Positions 1 to 8,757 of a stretch of 64,000 nt of DNA are shown here, piece by piece. This DNA comes from an uncultured Acidobacteriota bacterium. GTDB taxonomy: Bacteria; Acidobacteriota; Thermoanaerobaculia; UBA5066; Gp7-AA6. The stretch is taken from contig CAVXTP010000008.1 in the NCBI GenBank assembly GCA_963764715.1, positions 32,432-96,431 of the forward strand, written 5' to 3'. Position numbers and translations under genes: made by a program. The first letter of the stretch is position 1; each line of letters begins with the position of its first letter. The notes under the pieces were generated by a model. The model saw only the letters and a program-made list of their open reading frames with translations, searched no databases and was not told the origin of the DNA.

Positions 1-129
1 CGCCGCCACCGCGGCGAGCGACGCGTAGGGCAGGCCCGCGCGGACGAGGGCCCGGAGCTGTCCCGGGGACCTCGCGGGGACCAGGCGCGGGCCTCCGAGG
101 GCCCGGACGATGTCGGCGGTGCCGCTCAT
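1..129 (-). CDS. 5' part of an Xre/MbcA/ParS-type antitoxin (RES-Xre family); runs off the window edge
   Basis: Not in the ORF track. Minus strand reads MSGTADIVRALGGPRLVPARSPGQLRALVRAGLPYASLAAVAA from ATG at 129, with AGGAGG upstream. The LGG...VRAGLPYASL pattern resembles Xre antitoxin N-termini. Confidence 0.65.
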   Translation of the reverse strand, partial: MSGTADIVRALGGPRLVPARSPGQLRALVRAGLPYASLAAVAA

Positions 130-138
130 GACGCCTCC

Positions 139-174
139 TGCCAATTGGCAGATCAGCATTATGCCATATGGCAT
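139..174. promoter_or_regulatory. Two palindromic operators TGCCA-N2-TGGCA around a CATAAT -10-like hexamer
   Basis: TGCCAATTGGCA at 139-150 and ATGCCATATGGCAT at 161-174. Minus-strand CATAAT at 158-163. Confidence 0.7.
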
Positions 175-233
175 GAGCCGCCCGGGCGTCCATGCGCCAT
201 CCTCGCCGGGGGTCGGGACAGATGGCGTCCGGG

Positions 234-1415
234 TCAGACGCCGCGCGGGTAGCGCCGGACGCGCTCGCGGTGAAGGGCGAGGCGCGCCGTGACGTCCTCG
301 AGCCGGTCGCCTCCGGTCAGCGCGAGCAGGGCGTCGGCGAGCACGAAGGCGAGCATCGCCTCGCAGATGACGCCGCAGGCCGGGACCGCCGTGACGTCGC
401 TGCGCTCGTAGGCCGAGCGCGACGCTTCTCCGGTCGCGAGGTCGACCGAGTCGAGGCCCCGCGCGAGCGTCGAGATGGGCTTCATGTGGGCGACCGCGAC
501 GACGTCCTCGCCGTTGGTCACTCCGGCCTCGAGGCCCCCCGCCCGGTTGGTCCGCCGGCGGAGCACGCCGCCCCGCCCGCGCTCGATCTCGTCGTGGGCG
601 CGCGAGCCGGGGCCGCGCGAGGCCTCGATCGCCGAGCCGAGCTCGATCGCCTTGACCGCGGGGACCGAGAGGAGGGCCTGGCCGATCCGCCCGTCGAGCC
701 GCGCGTCCCAGGAGGCGAAGGTCCCGAGGCCCGCGGGGACGCCGCGCGCGGCCACGAGGATCGAGCCGCCGAGGGTGTCGCCGTCCTTCTTCGCGGCGTC
801 GATCGCCTCGACCATCTTCGTCTCGAGCGACGCGTCGATCGCGCGGAGCGGCGAGTCTTCGCGGACCTTCTCGAGCGAGGAGAAGGCGCGCGGGGACCGG
901 TCGTCGACGACCGGCCCGAGGGAGAGGACGCCGCTCCGCACCTCGATGCCGCAGGCCGAGAGCAGCAGCTTGCACACGGCGCCGGCGGCGACCCGGGCCG
1001 CCGACTCCCGCGCCGAGGCGCGCTCGAGGACGTCGCGCAGGTCGGCGGAGCCGTACTTCATCCCCCCGGCGAGGTCCGCGTGGCCCGGCCGGGGGCGTGT
1101 CACGCGCTTGCCGTCCGCCGCGGCCGGGTCGAGGGCGAGGGGGCCCATCACGCCCTCCCAGTTCGCAAAATCCCGGTTCAGGATCCCGATCGCGATGGGG
1201 GAGCCGAGCGTTCGGCCGCCGCGCACGCCGCCCTCGAAGAGCGCCTCGTCCTGCTCGATCTTCATCCGGCCGCCGCGGCCGTAGCCGTGCTGGCGCCGCG
1301 CGAGCTCGCGGGCGACGAATGCCGGATCGACGGTCAGCCCCGCCGGAACGCCCTCGAGGATGGCGGTCAGGCGGGGCCCGTGGGATTCGCCCGCGGTCAA
1401 GAGACGCAGCGGCAC
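234..1415 (-). CDS. aroC: Chorismate synthase
   Basis: TAGESHG N-terminus, RPGHAD, ERASARE, TNRAGGLEAG, MKPISTL and RSD motifs. Confidence 0.97.
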   Translation of the reverse strand: MPLRLLTAGESHGPRLTAILEGVPAGLTVDPAFVARELARRQHGYGRGGRMKIEQDEALFEGGVRGGRTLGSPIAIGILNRDFANWEGVMGPLALDPAAADGKRVTRPRPGHADLAGGMKYGSADLRDVLERASARESAARVAAGAVCKLLLSACGIEVRSGVLSLGPVVDDRSPRAFSSLEKVREDSPLRAIDASLETKMVEAIDAAKKDGDTLGGSILVAARGVPAGLGTFASWDARLDGRIGQALLSVPAVKAIELGSAIEASRGPGSRAHDEIERGRGGVLRRRTNRAGGLEAGVTNGEDVVAVAHMKPISTLARGLDSVDLATGEASRSAYERSDVTAVPACGVICEAMLAFVLADALLALTGGDRLEDVTARLALHRERVRRYPRGV

Positions 1416-1429
1416 CCGCAGAGTCTAGT

Positions 1430-1481
1430 GTAGGGGCGGGGCTTGACCCCGCCCGGGCGGCCGCAAGGGCCGCCCCCCCAC
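1430..1481. repeat. REP-like hairpin doublet (GTAG family), short-loop form
   Basis: GTAG-GGGCGGGG-CTTGA-CCCCGCCC followed by GGGCGGCC-GCAAG-GGCCGCCC-CCCCAC. The same arms recur in reverse orientation at 19108-19224. Confidence 0.75.
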
Positions 1482-1491
1482 GCGCGACGGC

Positions 1492-1980
1492 TCAGCCCTC
1501 GGCGCGCAGCCAGCGGTCGAGGGCCTCGAAGCGGCGCGCCGCGCGACGCGGCGTGCGGAGCGCCCGGGCCTTCTCCTGCTGCTCGGAGGTCAGGATCGGC
1601 CAGATCTCGGATCGGATCCGGGCGCGGAGCACCGCGCCGTCGGCCCGGACGTCCCCGGCCTGCGCGGCGAGCTTCCGGATCTCGGCCTCGTCGAACGGCT
1701 CGGCCAGCGTCGCCGCGCGCAGAGCGCGCCGGCTCTCGGCGCCGGCCTTGATCTGCGCCTCGATGGCGTCGGCGTGGGCGCGCAGGACGCCGCGGACGCG
1801 GGCCTGCTGGTCCTCGGTCAGCCCGAGCTCGCGGACGGCGCGCCGGTACATGCGCGGCGCGCGGCCGTCGGGGCCGGTTCCGGACGGATGGGCCACGAGG
1901 CGGGCGGCGAAGAGGCCGGAAAGCGCCACGGCGGCGGCCCCGGCGGCGAGAATCGAGCGGCGGATCGGAACGATGCGCAT
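1492..1980 (-). CDS. Spy/CpxP (LTXXQ) family periplasmic chaperone-like protein
   Basis: Signal-like N-terminus, LGLTEDQQ and ILTSEQQ LTxxQ motifs, AGGAGG RBS. Confidence 0.85.
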   Translation of the reverse strand: MRIVPIRRSILAAGAAAVALSGLFAARLVAHPSGTGPDGRAPRMYRRAVRELGLTEDQQARVRGVLRAHADAIEAQIKAGAESRRALRAATLAEPFDEAEIRKLAAQAGDVRADGAVLRARIRSEIWPILTSEQQEKARALRTPRRAARRFEALDRWLRAEG

Positions 1981-2006
1981 CGAGTCCTCCTGTGTGTCCG
2001 CCGATG

Positions 2007-2034
2007 AGACGAGCGGGACGCCCCCGCGGATTAC
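2007..2034 (-). promoter_or_regulatory. Putative ECF-sigma promoter for the Spy/CpxP gene
   Basis: Minus strand GTAATC-N17-CGTCT upstream of the RBS. Confidence 0.45.
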
Positions 2035-2056
2035 GGCCGCGGGCTAAACTGCCCCC

Positions 2057-4093
2057 GTGGAGCGCAAGTACGTCCTCAAGACGCCGGCGCGGCTGAAGAC
2101 CTACCGCGTCGACTACGACCGGGAGTTGAACGACGAGCAGCGCGACGTCGTCCTCGCCGACGGCGGCCCGATCCTGGTCATCGCGGGGGCGGGCTCCGGG
2201 AAGACGCGCACCCTCGTCTACCGCGTCTCGCGCCTCATCGAGTCCGGGCACGATCCCTCGCGCATCCTCCTCCTGACCTTCACCAACAAAGCCGCGAAGG
2301 AGATGCTCCGCCGGGTCGAGACGCTGCTGGCGGTCGACACGCGCCGCCTGATGGGCGGGACCTTCCACTCCGTCGGGAACCGGATCCTGCGCCGGTTCGG
2401 GACGCGGCTGGGGCTCGGGGCCAACTTCACGATCCTCGACCCCGAGGACGCCCGCGAGATGCTCGAGGCCTCGACGTCCGACCGGAACATCCCGACGCTC
2501 GAGCGGCGCTTCCCCAAGGGCGACGTCCTGCTCGACCTCTACTCGTTCACGATCAACACGGGCCGCCCGTTCACGCAGGTCCTCGCCGAGCACGCGCCCC
2601 ACTTCGCCGAGCTCGAGACGGAGATCGTCTCGGTCTTCCAGCGCTACCGTGAGCGCAAGCGGCTCGGCAACGCCTGCGACTACGACGACCTGCTGCTGAT
2701 GTGGAAGCGGCTGCTCGACGAGGTGCCGGAGGCGGCCGTGCAGCTTTCGGCCTCCTACGACCACGTCCTCGTGGACGAGTACCAGGACACCAACCGCCTC
2801 CAGGGCGAGATCGTCGACGGGATGGCCCGCGTCAAGAAGAACGTGACGGTCGTCGGCGACGACGCGCAGGCGATCTACTCCTTCCGCGGGGCCTCCTTCG
2901 AGAACATCCTCGGCTTCCCGCAGCGCTACCCGGGGGCCCAGACCTTCCGGCTGACGCGCAACTACCGCTCGACGCCCGAGATCCTGGCGCTCGCCAACGC
3001 CTCGATCGCCCACAACGAGAATCAGTTCCCCAAGGAGCTGGCCGCCGCCCGCGAGGCGGGCGGCCTGCCCGCCGTCGTCGCGCTGCCGGACGTCGCGGAC
3101 CAGGCGCGCTTCATCGGACAGCGCCTGCTGGAGTGGCACGACGAGGGCGAGAAGCTGGCCGACCTCGCGGTCCTCTACCGGGCGCACTACCAGGCGCTGG
3201 AGCTCCAGATCGAGCTGACGCGGCGTGGCATTCCCTACGAGATCCGGTCGGGCACGCGCTTCTTCGAGCAGCGCCACGTCAAGGACGTCCTCGCGTTCCT
3301 GCGGATCGTCGTCAATCCGAAGGACGAGCTCTCCTGGAAGCGGGCCCTGAAGCTCTTTCCGCGCGTCGGCGAGCGCTCGGCCTCGGCCGTCTGGCTGGCG
3401 ATCGGCGGGCGGCCCGATCCGCTGGCGGCCTTCCGCGCGCTCGACGGCCGCAGCGCGGACCTCGGCCGCGGGTCGGAGGCGTCGCTCCGGCCTTTCCGCG
3501 CCCTGCTGGGGCGCCTGGATTCGCCCGCGATCCGCTCCTCGCCGTCGGAAGCCATCCGGTCGGTCGTCGAGGACGTCTACCGCGACTACGCCCGGGCCAA
3601 GTTCCCCAACGGCGACGCGCGCCTGGACGACCTCGAGCAGTTTGCCCAGTTCGCCCAGTCCTACGACTCCCTGCCGTCGTTTCTCGAGGAGATCACGCTC
3701 TTCAACGAGCTCTCGGGCGAGGACGTCGTGGCGGGCGAGCCGGACGACGACCGCGTCGTGCTGTCCTCGATCCACCAGGCCAAGGGCCTCGAGTGGAGCC
3801 GGGTGATCGTGATGTGGCTCTCGGAGGGGCGTTTCCCGAACTACCGGTCGGTCGCGACCGACGAGGGCCTCGAGGAGGAGCGCCGCCTCTTCTACGTCGC
3901 CGTGACGCGCGCCAGGAACGAGATCGCGCTCGTTTACCCGATGCTCGCCCGCGACCGCTACGGCGTCGACGTGATCCTGGAGCCCTCGCGGTTCCTGACG
4001 GAGCTGCCGGAATCGGTCTACGAGCGGTGGACGATCGAGCGGGAGCCGTCCTCGGAGGAGGTCGAAAACGCCGCCGGGGAGCCGATTAATTGA
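2057..4093 (+). CDS. UvrD/PcrA/Rep family ATP-dependent DNA helicase
   Basis: AGAGSGKT, TFTNKAA, VDEYQD, VGDDAQAIY, NYRS, IHQAKGLEW and EERRLFYVAVTRA motifs. Confidence 0.95.
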   Translation: MERKYVLKTPARLKTYRVDYDRELNDEQRDVVLADGGPILVIAGAGSGKTRTLVYRVSRLIESGHDPSRILLLTFTNKAAKEMLRRVETLLAVDTRRLMGGTFHSVGNRILRRFGTRLGLGANFTILDPEDAREMLEASTSDRNIPTLERRFPKGDVLLDLYSFTINTGRPFTQVLAEHAPHFAELETEIVSVFQRYRERKRLGNACDYDDLLLMWKRLLDEVPEAAVQLSASYDHVLVDEYQDTNRLQGEIVDGMARVKKNVTVVGDDAQAIYSFRGASFENILGFPQRYPGAQTFRLTRNYRSTPEILALANASIAHNENQFPKELAAAREAGGLPAVVALPDVADQARFIGQRLLEWHDEGEKLADLAVLYRAHYQALELQIELTRRGIPYEIRSGTRFFEQRHVKDVLAFLRIVVNPKDELSWKRALKLFPRVGERSASAVWLAIGGRPDPLAAFRALDGRSADLGRGSEASLRPFRALLGRLDSPAIRSSPSEAIRSVVEDVYRDYARAKFPNGDARLDDLEQFAQFAQSYDSLPSFLEEITLFNELSGEDVVAGEPDDDRVVLSSIHQAKGLEWSRVIVMWLSEGRFPNYRSVATDEGLEEERRLFYVAVTRARNEIALVYPMLARDRYGVDVILEPSRFLTELPESVYERWTIEREPSSEEVENAAGEPIN

Positions 4094-4127
4094 AGCCGGG
4101 CCGCGCTAAAATGGTCCCGGGTCGACG

Positions 4128-4652
4128 ATGAAAGACGACATCTACTCCGCGATCTGCCGCGAGGCTCTCGAGTCCCGCCAGCGGGATCTCGGGTCCTTCG
4201 TCGACAACGGGATGGCCGGGCTCTCGACCCGGCTGGAGAAGACGCTCCTGAAGCTGCCGGCGGGGCACTTCCTTCTCGGGCTCGGGCCATACAACGCGGG
4301 CCTCGTCAAGCTCGACTTCGACGAGCTCCTCATCGGCCGCGAGGTTCCGGAGTACATCGGCGTCGGCATGCCGGTCACGGGCTTCCGCGTCTCGTCGCCG
4401 GACGCCTTCCTGAACGTCGAGGTCTCGCGGCTCCACGCCAAGGTGCTGCGTCAGCTCAACCACGACGGTCCCCGCTACCGCCTGATCGACATGCGTTCGA
4501 CCTGCGGGACGTACCTGAACGGCGAGCCGATTCCGGCGCCCGACGACCTCTCCGGCGTCCTCGAGGAAGACTGCGCGCGCCCGCTAACCTCCGGCGACTT
4601 TTTCTCGCTCGGCCCCTCGGCCGTCAATCTCTTTCTCTTCTTCCAGAAGTGA
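4128..4652 (+). CDS. FHA-domain protein
   Basis: LLIGR...VSRLHA...LIDMRSTCGTYLNG...LTSGD FHA pattern. Confidence 0.8.
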   Translation: MKDDIYSAICREALESRQRDLGSFVDNGMAGLSTRLEKTLLKLPAGHFLLGLGPYNAGLVKLDFDELLIGREVPEYIGVGMPVTGFRVSSPDAFLNVEVSRLHAKVLRQLNHDGPRYRLIDMRSTCGTYLNGEPIPAPDDLSGVLEEDCARPLTSGDFFSLGPSAVNLFLFFQK

Positions 4653-6412
4653 CCGGGGCGCGGGTCGCGCCTCCGGGATCCCGGGCGGCGGCCTTCGTCG
4701 GACTGGCGGCGGCGTTCGTCGCCGCGGTCGATCTCGCACGCTTCTTCGGCCCGGCGCTCCTCGCGGATCCCGAGCGCGCGTGGGCACCGGCCCGGCTCCT
4801 GCTCGGGCTGGCCGTCGCGTCGGCCGCTTCCGCGGCGGGAGCGATCGCCGCGGCCCTCTTCCTCGTCGGCGCGGCCGGCGCGTCCGCCCGCCGGCCCCTC
4901 GAGCCCCTGCCGCTCGCTCCCGGGACCCTGGCGGCGATCGCGATCGCCGCGGTGCTCGCGGGCTCCTTCCTGAGGCTCGCCGGACTCGATCGGGTCCCGG
5001 TGCCGCTGTGGGTCGACGACATCTCGCTCGCGCCGCCGACGCTCGAGCTCAAGGGAACCTGGAGCGACTTCGCCGACACGATCCGCCCGGCGCCGTACGG
5101 CGTGAGCAAGCCCTTCGGCACCGTCGGCGTCCTCTACCTCGAGGTCCGCCGGGCGGCGTTCAAGCTCGCCGGCGTCAGCGTGCTCGGCGTGCGGCTGCCG
5201 GCGGCGCTGGCCGGCTGCGCGTCGATCGTGACGGCCGGCCTCCTCGGCCGCGCGCTCCTGCCGGCCGGGGGAGGCGCGCTCGCGGCCCTCGCGCTCTCGG
5301 GGATGCGCTGGCAGCTCATCCTTTCGCGCTGGGGCTGGGTCGCGATGTTCCTCGCGCCGGTCGCGGACGTCGCGGCGCTCCTGCTCCTCTCGGCGCGCCG
5401 GACGCGCCGGGCCGCCGTGGCCGCGGTCGCGGGCCTCGTCGCCGGTCTCGGCGCGCACGTGTACCTCTCGGCGTGGGTCGTGGCCGGGGCGCTCGGCCTT
5501 CTCGCCGTCTGGCCCGGCGCGGCCGGTTCCCTCCGGAGCCGCGCGCGGCTCGCGGTCGGCTTCGCCGCCGGCTTCCTCGTCGCCGCGGCTCCCCTCTTCC
5601 TCTTCAAGGAGAACCGCGCGACGCCGTACTTCTCGAGGCTCTCGGACCACAGCCTCGCGATCGAGATCGAGCGCGCGCGTTCGGCGCGGCCGCTCCTCGA
5701 GGCGACGTCGGACGCGTTGAAGGCGCCGTGGTTTCTTCCCGACCCCGTGCCGATCAACGACCTGCCCGGCAAGTCGCGGCTCGGCTGGGTCCTCGGAGTG
5801 CCGGTCGCGCTCGCGCTCGGCCGGGCGCTGCTGCGCCCCACGGAAGAGATCTCCGCCTATCTGCTGGCGCACGCGGGTTGCGCGCTGGCCGCCTCCGTCG
5901 CCTCGGGCCAGGCGCACGCGCCGAACGGGTTCCGGTTCGGCTACCTGACGACGGTGACGGCGGTCGCCGCGGCCGCGGGAGCTCTCGGGATCGTCGCGGC
6001 CGTCTCCGCGGCGCGCCGGCGCGAAGCCGCCCTGGCCGTGGTGGGCCTTCTTACGGTCAACGGGGCCATCGGGGCGCGCGACGCCCTGGTGCGCTGGGGA
6101 GAGTCCCGCGTCACCTTCGACTTCTTCCACGGGCCGGACACGCTCGTCGGGCGGGCGGCGGCGCGCTGGGAGCGGTACGGACCGGTCCGGACGGACCTCG
6201 CGCTCGTCCACTCGCCGCTGACGTTCGAGGCCGTGCGCCGGCTTCGCCTGGACCCCTGGCGGACGCCGCCGATGGAGCCGGCGCGCGCGCCGGGGGAGTC
6301 CGCGTTCCGGATCGTGCGCCCCGGCTCGCCGCGCCGCGAGGGTGAGCGCGTCGTCGAGCGGATCGCCGACGCCTGGGGACGGGAGTGGGGGATCGTCGTT
6401 GCCGGACGCTGA
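4649..6412 (+). CDS. Polytopic GT-C-like (ArnT/PMT-type) glycosyltransferase, paralog 1
   Basis: Many TM segments. LRLAGLDRVP-LWVDD and LGVRLPAALAG motifs. GTG start overlaps the FHA gene stop. Confidence 0.65.
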   Translation: MTGARVAPPGSRAAAFVGLAAAFVAAVDLARFFGPALLADPERAWAPARLLLGLAVASAASAAGAIAAALFLVGAAGASARRPLEPLPLAPGTLAAIAIAAVLAGSFLRLAGLDRVPVPLWVDDISLAPPTLELKGTWSDFADTIRPAPYGVSKPFGTVGVLYLEVRRAAFKLAGVSVLGVRLPAALAGCASIVTAGLLGRALLPAGGGALAALALSGMRWQLILSRWGWVAMFLAPVADVAALLLLSARRTRRAAVAAVAGLVAGLGAHVYLSAWVVAGALGLLAVWPGAAGSLRSRARLAVGFAAGFLVAAAPLFLFKENRATPYFSRLSDHSLAIEIERARSARPLLEATSDALKAPWFLPDPVPINDLPGKSRLGWVLGVPVALALGRALLRPTEEISAYLLAHAGCALAASVASGQAHAPNGFRFGYLTTVTAVAAAAGALGIVAAVSAARRREAALAVVGLLTVNGAIGARDALVRWGESRVTFDFFHGPDTLVGRAAARWERYGPVRTDLALVHSPLTFEAVRRLRLDPWRTPPMEPARAPGESAFRIVRPGSPRREGERVVERIADAWGREWGIVVAGR

Positions 6413-8171
6413 GGGCGAGCACGCGGGCCCGAGGCCGGGCGCATCGATCGCCGTCGGCCTGGCCGCGGGGTTCGTCGCCGCGGCCGCCGTCGTCCGCTGG
6501 ATCCGGCCTCGCCTGCTGGCGGATGCGGACCCGTCCTGGGCCTCGGCGCGGCTGACGCTCGGCCTGCTCGCGGTCGCCGCCGCGGCCGCGGCGGGCGTGG
6601 CGCTGGCCGCCCTGTTCTGGGCGTTTTCGCGCCTGCGGGCCGCGCGCGCCCCGCTCGAGCCCCTTGCGCTCCGGTCCGGGACGCTCGTCGCTCTCGCCGC
6701 CGTCGCCGTCCTCGCCGGAACGGGCCTGCGCGTCGTCTCGCTCTCGCGCGTCCCCGAGGTCCTGTGGGTCGACGACCTCTCGCTGATCGCCCCCGCGCTT
6801 TCGCTCGAGGGGTCGCCACGGGACTTCCGGGACGCGATCCGGGCCACGCCCTACGGCGTGCCCCGGCCCTACGGAACCATCGGCGTCCTCTACCTCGAGG
6901 GGTATCGCGCGCTGCTCGACCTGGCGGGAACGACCGTTCTCGGCGTCCGCCTGCCCTCGGCGCTCGCGGGGATCGCCTCGCTCGTCACGGCGGCCCTGCT
7001 CGGCCGCGCGCTCCTGCCGTCCGGCGGGGGAGCGCTCACGGCGCTCATCCTCGCGGGACTGCGCTGGCACCTCATCCTGTCGCGCTGGGCCTTCAACATG
7101 ATCGTGCTCGCGCCGATCGTGGACGTCGCGACGCTCCTGCTGCTCTCGGCCCGGCGCCGGGGCCGCGTGACGACGGCTCTCGCCGCGGGAGCGGTCGCGG
7201 GTCTCGGTGCGCACGTCTATCTCTCGGCCTGGCCGGCCGCGGCCGCGCTGGCGCTCTTCGCGCTCTGGCCGGCCTCACCCGGCGAGCCCGGCTCCTCGCG
7301 GGCTCTTCGCGCCGCCCTCTTCGGCCTGGGGTTCGCCGCCTGCGCCGCGCCGCTCTTCCTGCTGCGCGACGGTCGGACCACGCCGTACTTCGCGCGCACC
7401 GCGGACCACAACGTCGTCCTCGAGATGCGGCGGGAGCGTTCCGTCCTGCCGCCGGTCTTCGCCGCCGCCGAGGCCCTCGCGTCGCCCTGGCGGGCCGACC
7501 CTTCGCCGCGCCACGACCTGCCGGGACGCCGGCGGCTCGGGTGGATCTACGGCATTCCGGTGACGATCGCCCTCGGCCGCGCGCTCCTGCGCCCGCGCGA
7601 GCCGCTCTCGGGGCTGCTGCTCGCGCACGGCGCGGCGTACCTCGCGGCGGTCGTCGCGGGGGGGCAGGCGGACAATCCGAACGGGTCCCGCTTCGGCTAT
7701 CTCGCGACGCTCACGGCCGTCGCGGCCGCCGCCGGAACGCTGTGGCTGGTCGGCCTCGTGCGTCCACCCCGGCGGCGGGCCGCGGCGCTCGCCGCCGTCG
7801 GCGCGATCGCCGCGAGCGGCCTGCTCTCCGCGCGCGACGTGCTGGTGACGTGGAGCGCGCATCCCGAGACGTTCCGCGGGTTCCACGGCGAGGACACGCG
7901 AATCGGACGGGCGGCCGCGCGGTGGGAGCCCTACGGCGCCCTCGCGATCGAGCCCGGCGTGGGGCGCTCGAGGATCGCGGTCGAGGCCGTCCGCCGTTAC
8001 CGGCTCGACCCGGACCTTCCGGCCGAACCTCCCCGGCCGGGCGGGCCGCTTCGCATCCGGATCGCGCCCGCCGGCGAAACACCCGCGGCCGGGGAGCGCC
8101 TCGTGGAACGCATCGAGGACCCCGAGGGCCGAGTGCGGGCGGTCGTGCTGGCGAGCCGGGCGGGCCGCTAG
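6399..8171 (+). CDS. Polytopic GT-C-like (ArnT/PMT-type) glycosyltransferase, paralog 2
   Basis: Collinear with paralog 1 (LWVDD, PYGV, LGVRLP, GLGAHVYLSAW, PNG.RFGYL, FHG). Start uncertain; TTG at 6399 preferred over 6342. Confidence 0.65.
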   Translation: MPDAEGEHAGPRPGASIAVGLAAGFVAAAAVVRWIRPRLLADADPSWASARLTLGLLAVAAAAAAGVALAALFWAFSRLRAARAPLEPLALRSGTLVALAAVAVLAGTGLRVVSLSRVPEVLWVDDLSLIAPALSLEGSPRDFRDAIRATPYGVPRPYGTIGVLYLEGYRALLDLAGTTVLGVRLPSALAGIASLVTAALLGRALLPSGGGALTALILAGLRWHLILSRWAFNMIVLAPIVDVATLLLLSARRRGRVTTALAAGAVAGLGAHVYLSAWPAAAALALFALWPASPGEPGSSRALRAALFGLGFAACAAPLFLLRDGRTTPYFARTADHNVVLEMRRERSVLPPVFAAAEALASPWRADPSPRHDLPGRRRLGWIYGIPVTIALGRALLRPREPLSGLLLAHGAAYLAAVVAGGQADNPNGSRFGYLATLTAVAAAAGTLWLVGLVRPPRRRAAALAAVGAIAASGLLSARDVLVTWSAHPETFRGFHGEDTRIGRAAARWEPYGALAIEPGVGRSRIAVEAVRRYRLDPDLPAEPPRPGGPLRIRIAPAGETPAAGERLVERIEDPEGRVRAVVLASRAGR

Positions 8172-8716
8172 CGGGGCGTGTCGGCGGGGACGCGCGACGC
8201 CTCCGCCAGCGCGTCGGGACCGACGTCGAAGGAGGAGGGCATGATCGAGATCAGGCCCGAGGCGTCCCAGATTCCCATCGTGCGCAGGGGCGGCCGGTAG
8301 ATGTGGAGCGAGACGGCCCGGGCGCTCGTCGAGGCGAGGCGGTGGAGCGTGGTCGGCCCGATGTCGGAGAGGTCGCCCTCCGGGCGGGGCCGGTTGTCGG
8401 AGAGCTCGGGCTTTTCGTGCGGCGTCGTGAAGCGCTCCTCGGCCAGGGTGCCCGAGAGGACGACCATTCCGCCCATGACGCCGCGATGGTCGTGGATCGG
8501 GGTGATCTGGCCGCTCTCCCAGGCGATGAGCATGACCTCCCAGTCGTCCCAGACCAGGATGGGGTGGCGGAGGTACCGCTCGCGCGAGAACCGCACGCGG
8601 TCGAGGTAGCGCTCCGTCTCCCGCGCGACCCGCTCGCACAGGCTCCCCGGCGTCGGGCGCTCGGGCCGGGCCGAGGCGTCGAAGATGACTTCCCGGACGG
8701 CTTCGGCGAAAGTCAC
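8168..8716 (-). CDS. Cysteine dioxygenase family (cupin) protein
   Basis: W..GQITPIHDH, LHRL and SLHIY 3-His thiol dioxygenase motifs. Confidence 0.85.
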   Translation of the reverse strand: MTFAEAVREVIFDASARPERPTPGSLCERVARETERYLDRVRFSRERYLRHPILVWDDWEVMLIAWESGQITPIHDHRGVMGGMVVLSGTLAEERFTTPHEKPELSDNRPRPEGDLSDIGPTTLHRLASTSARAVSLHIYRPPLRTMGIWDASGLISIMPSSFDVGPDALAEASRVPADTPR

Positions 8717-8757
8717 GATCGGGATTCTACTCCCGGGTTCTGCTATCGTCCGCCGCG

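Noticed and set aside
6342-6412. Programmed frameshift fusing the two GT-C paralogs
   Set aside because: No slippery sequence seen. The second paralog has its own plausible TTG start and a complete N-terminus.
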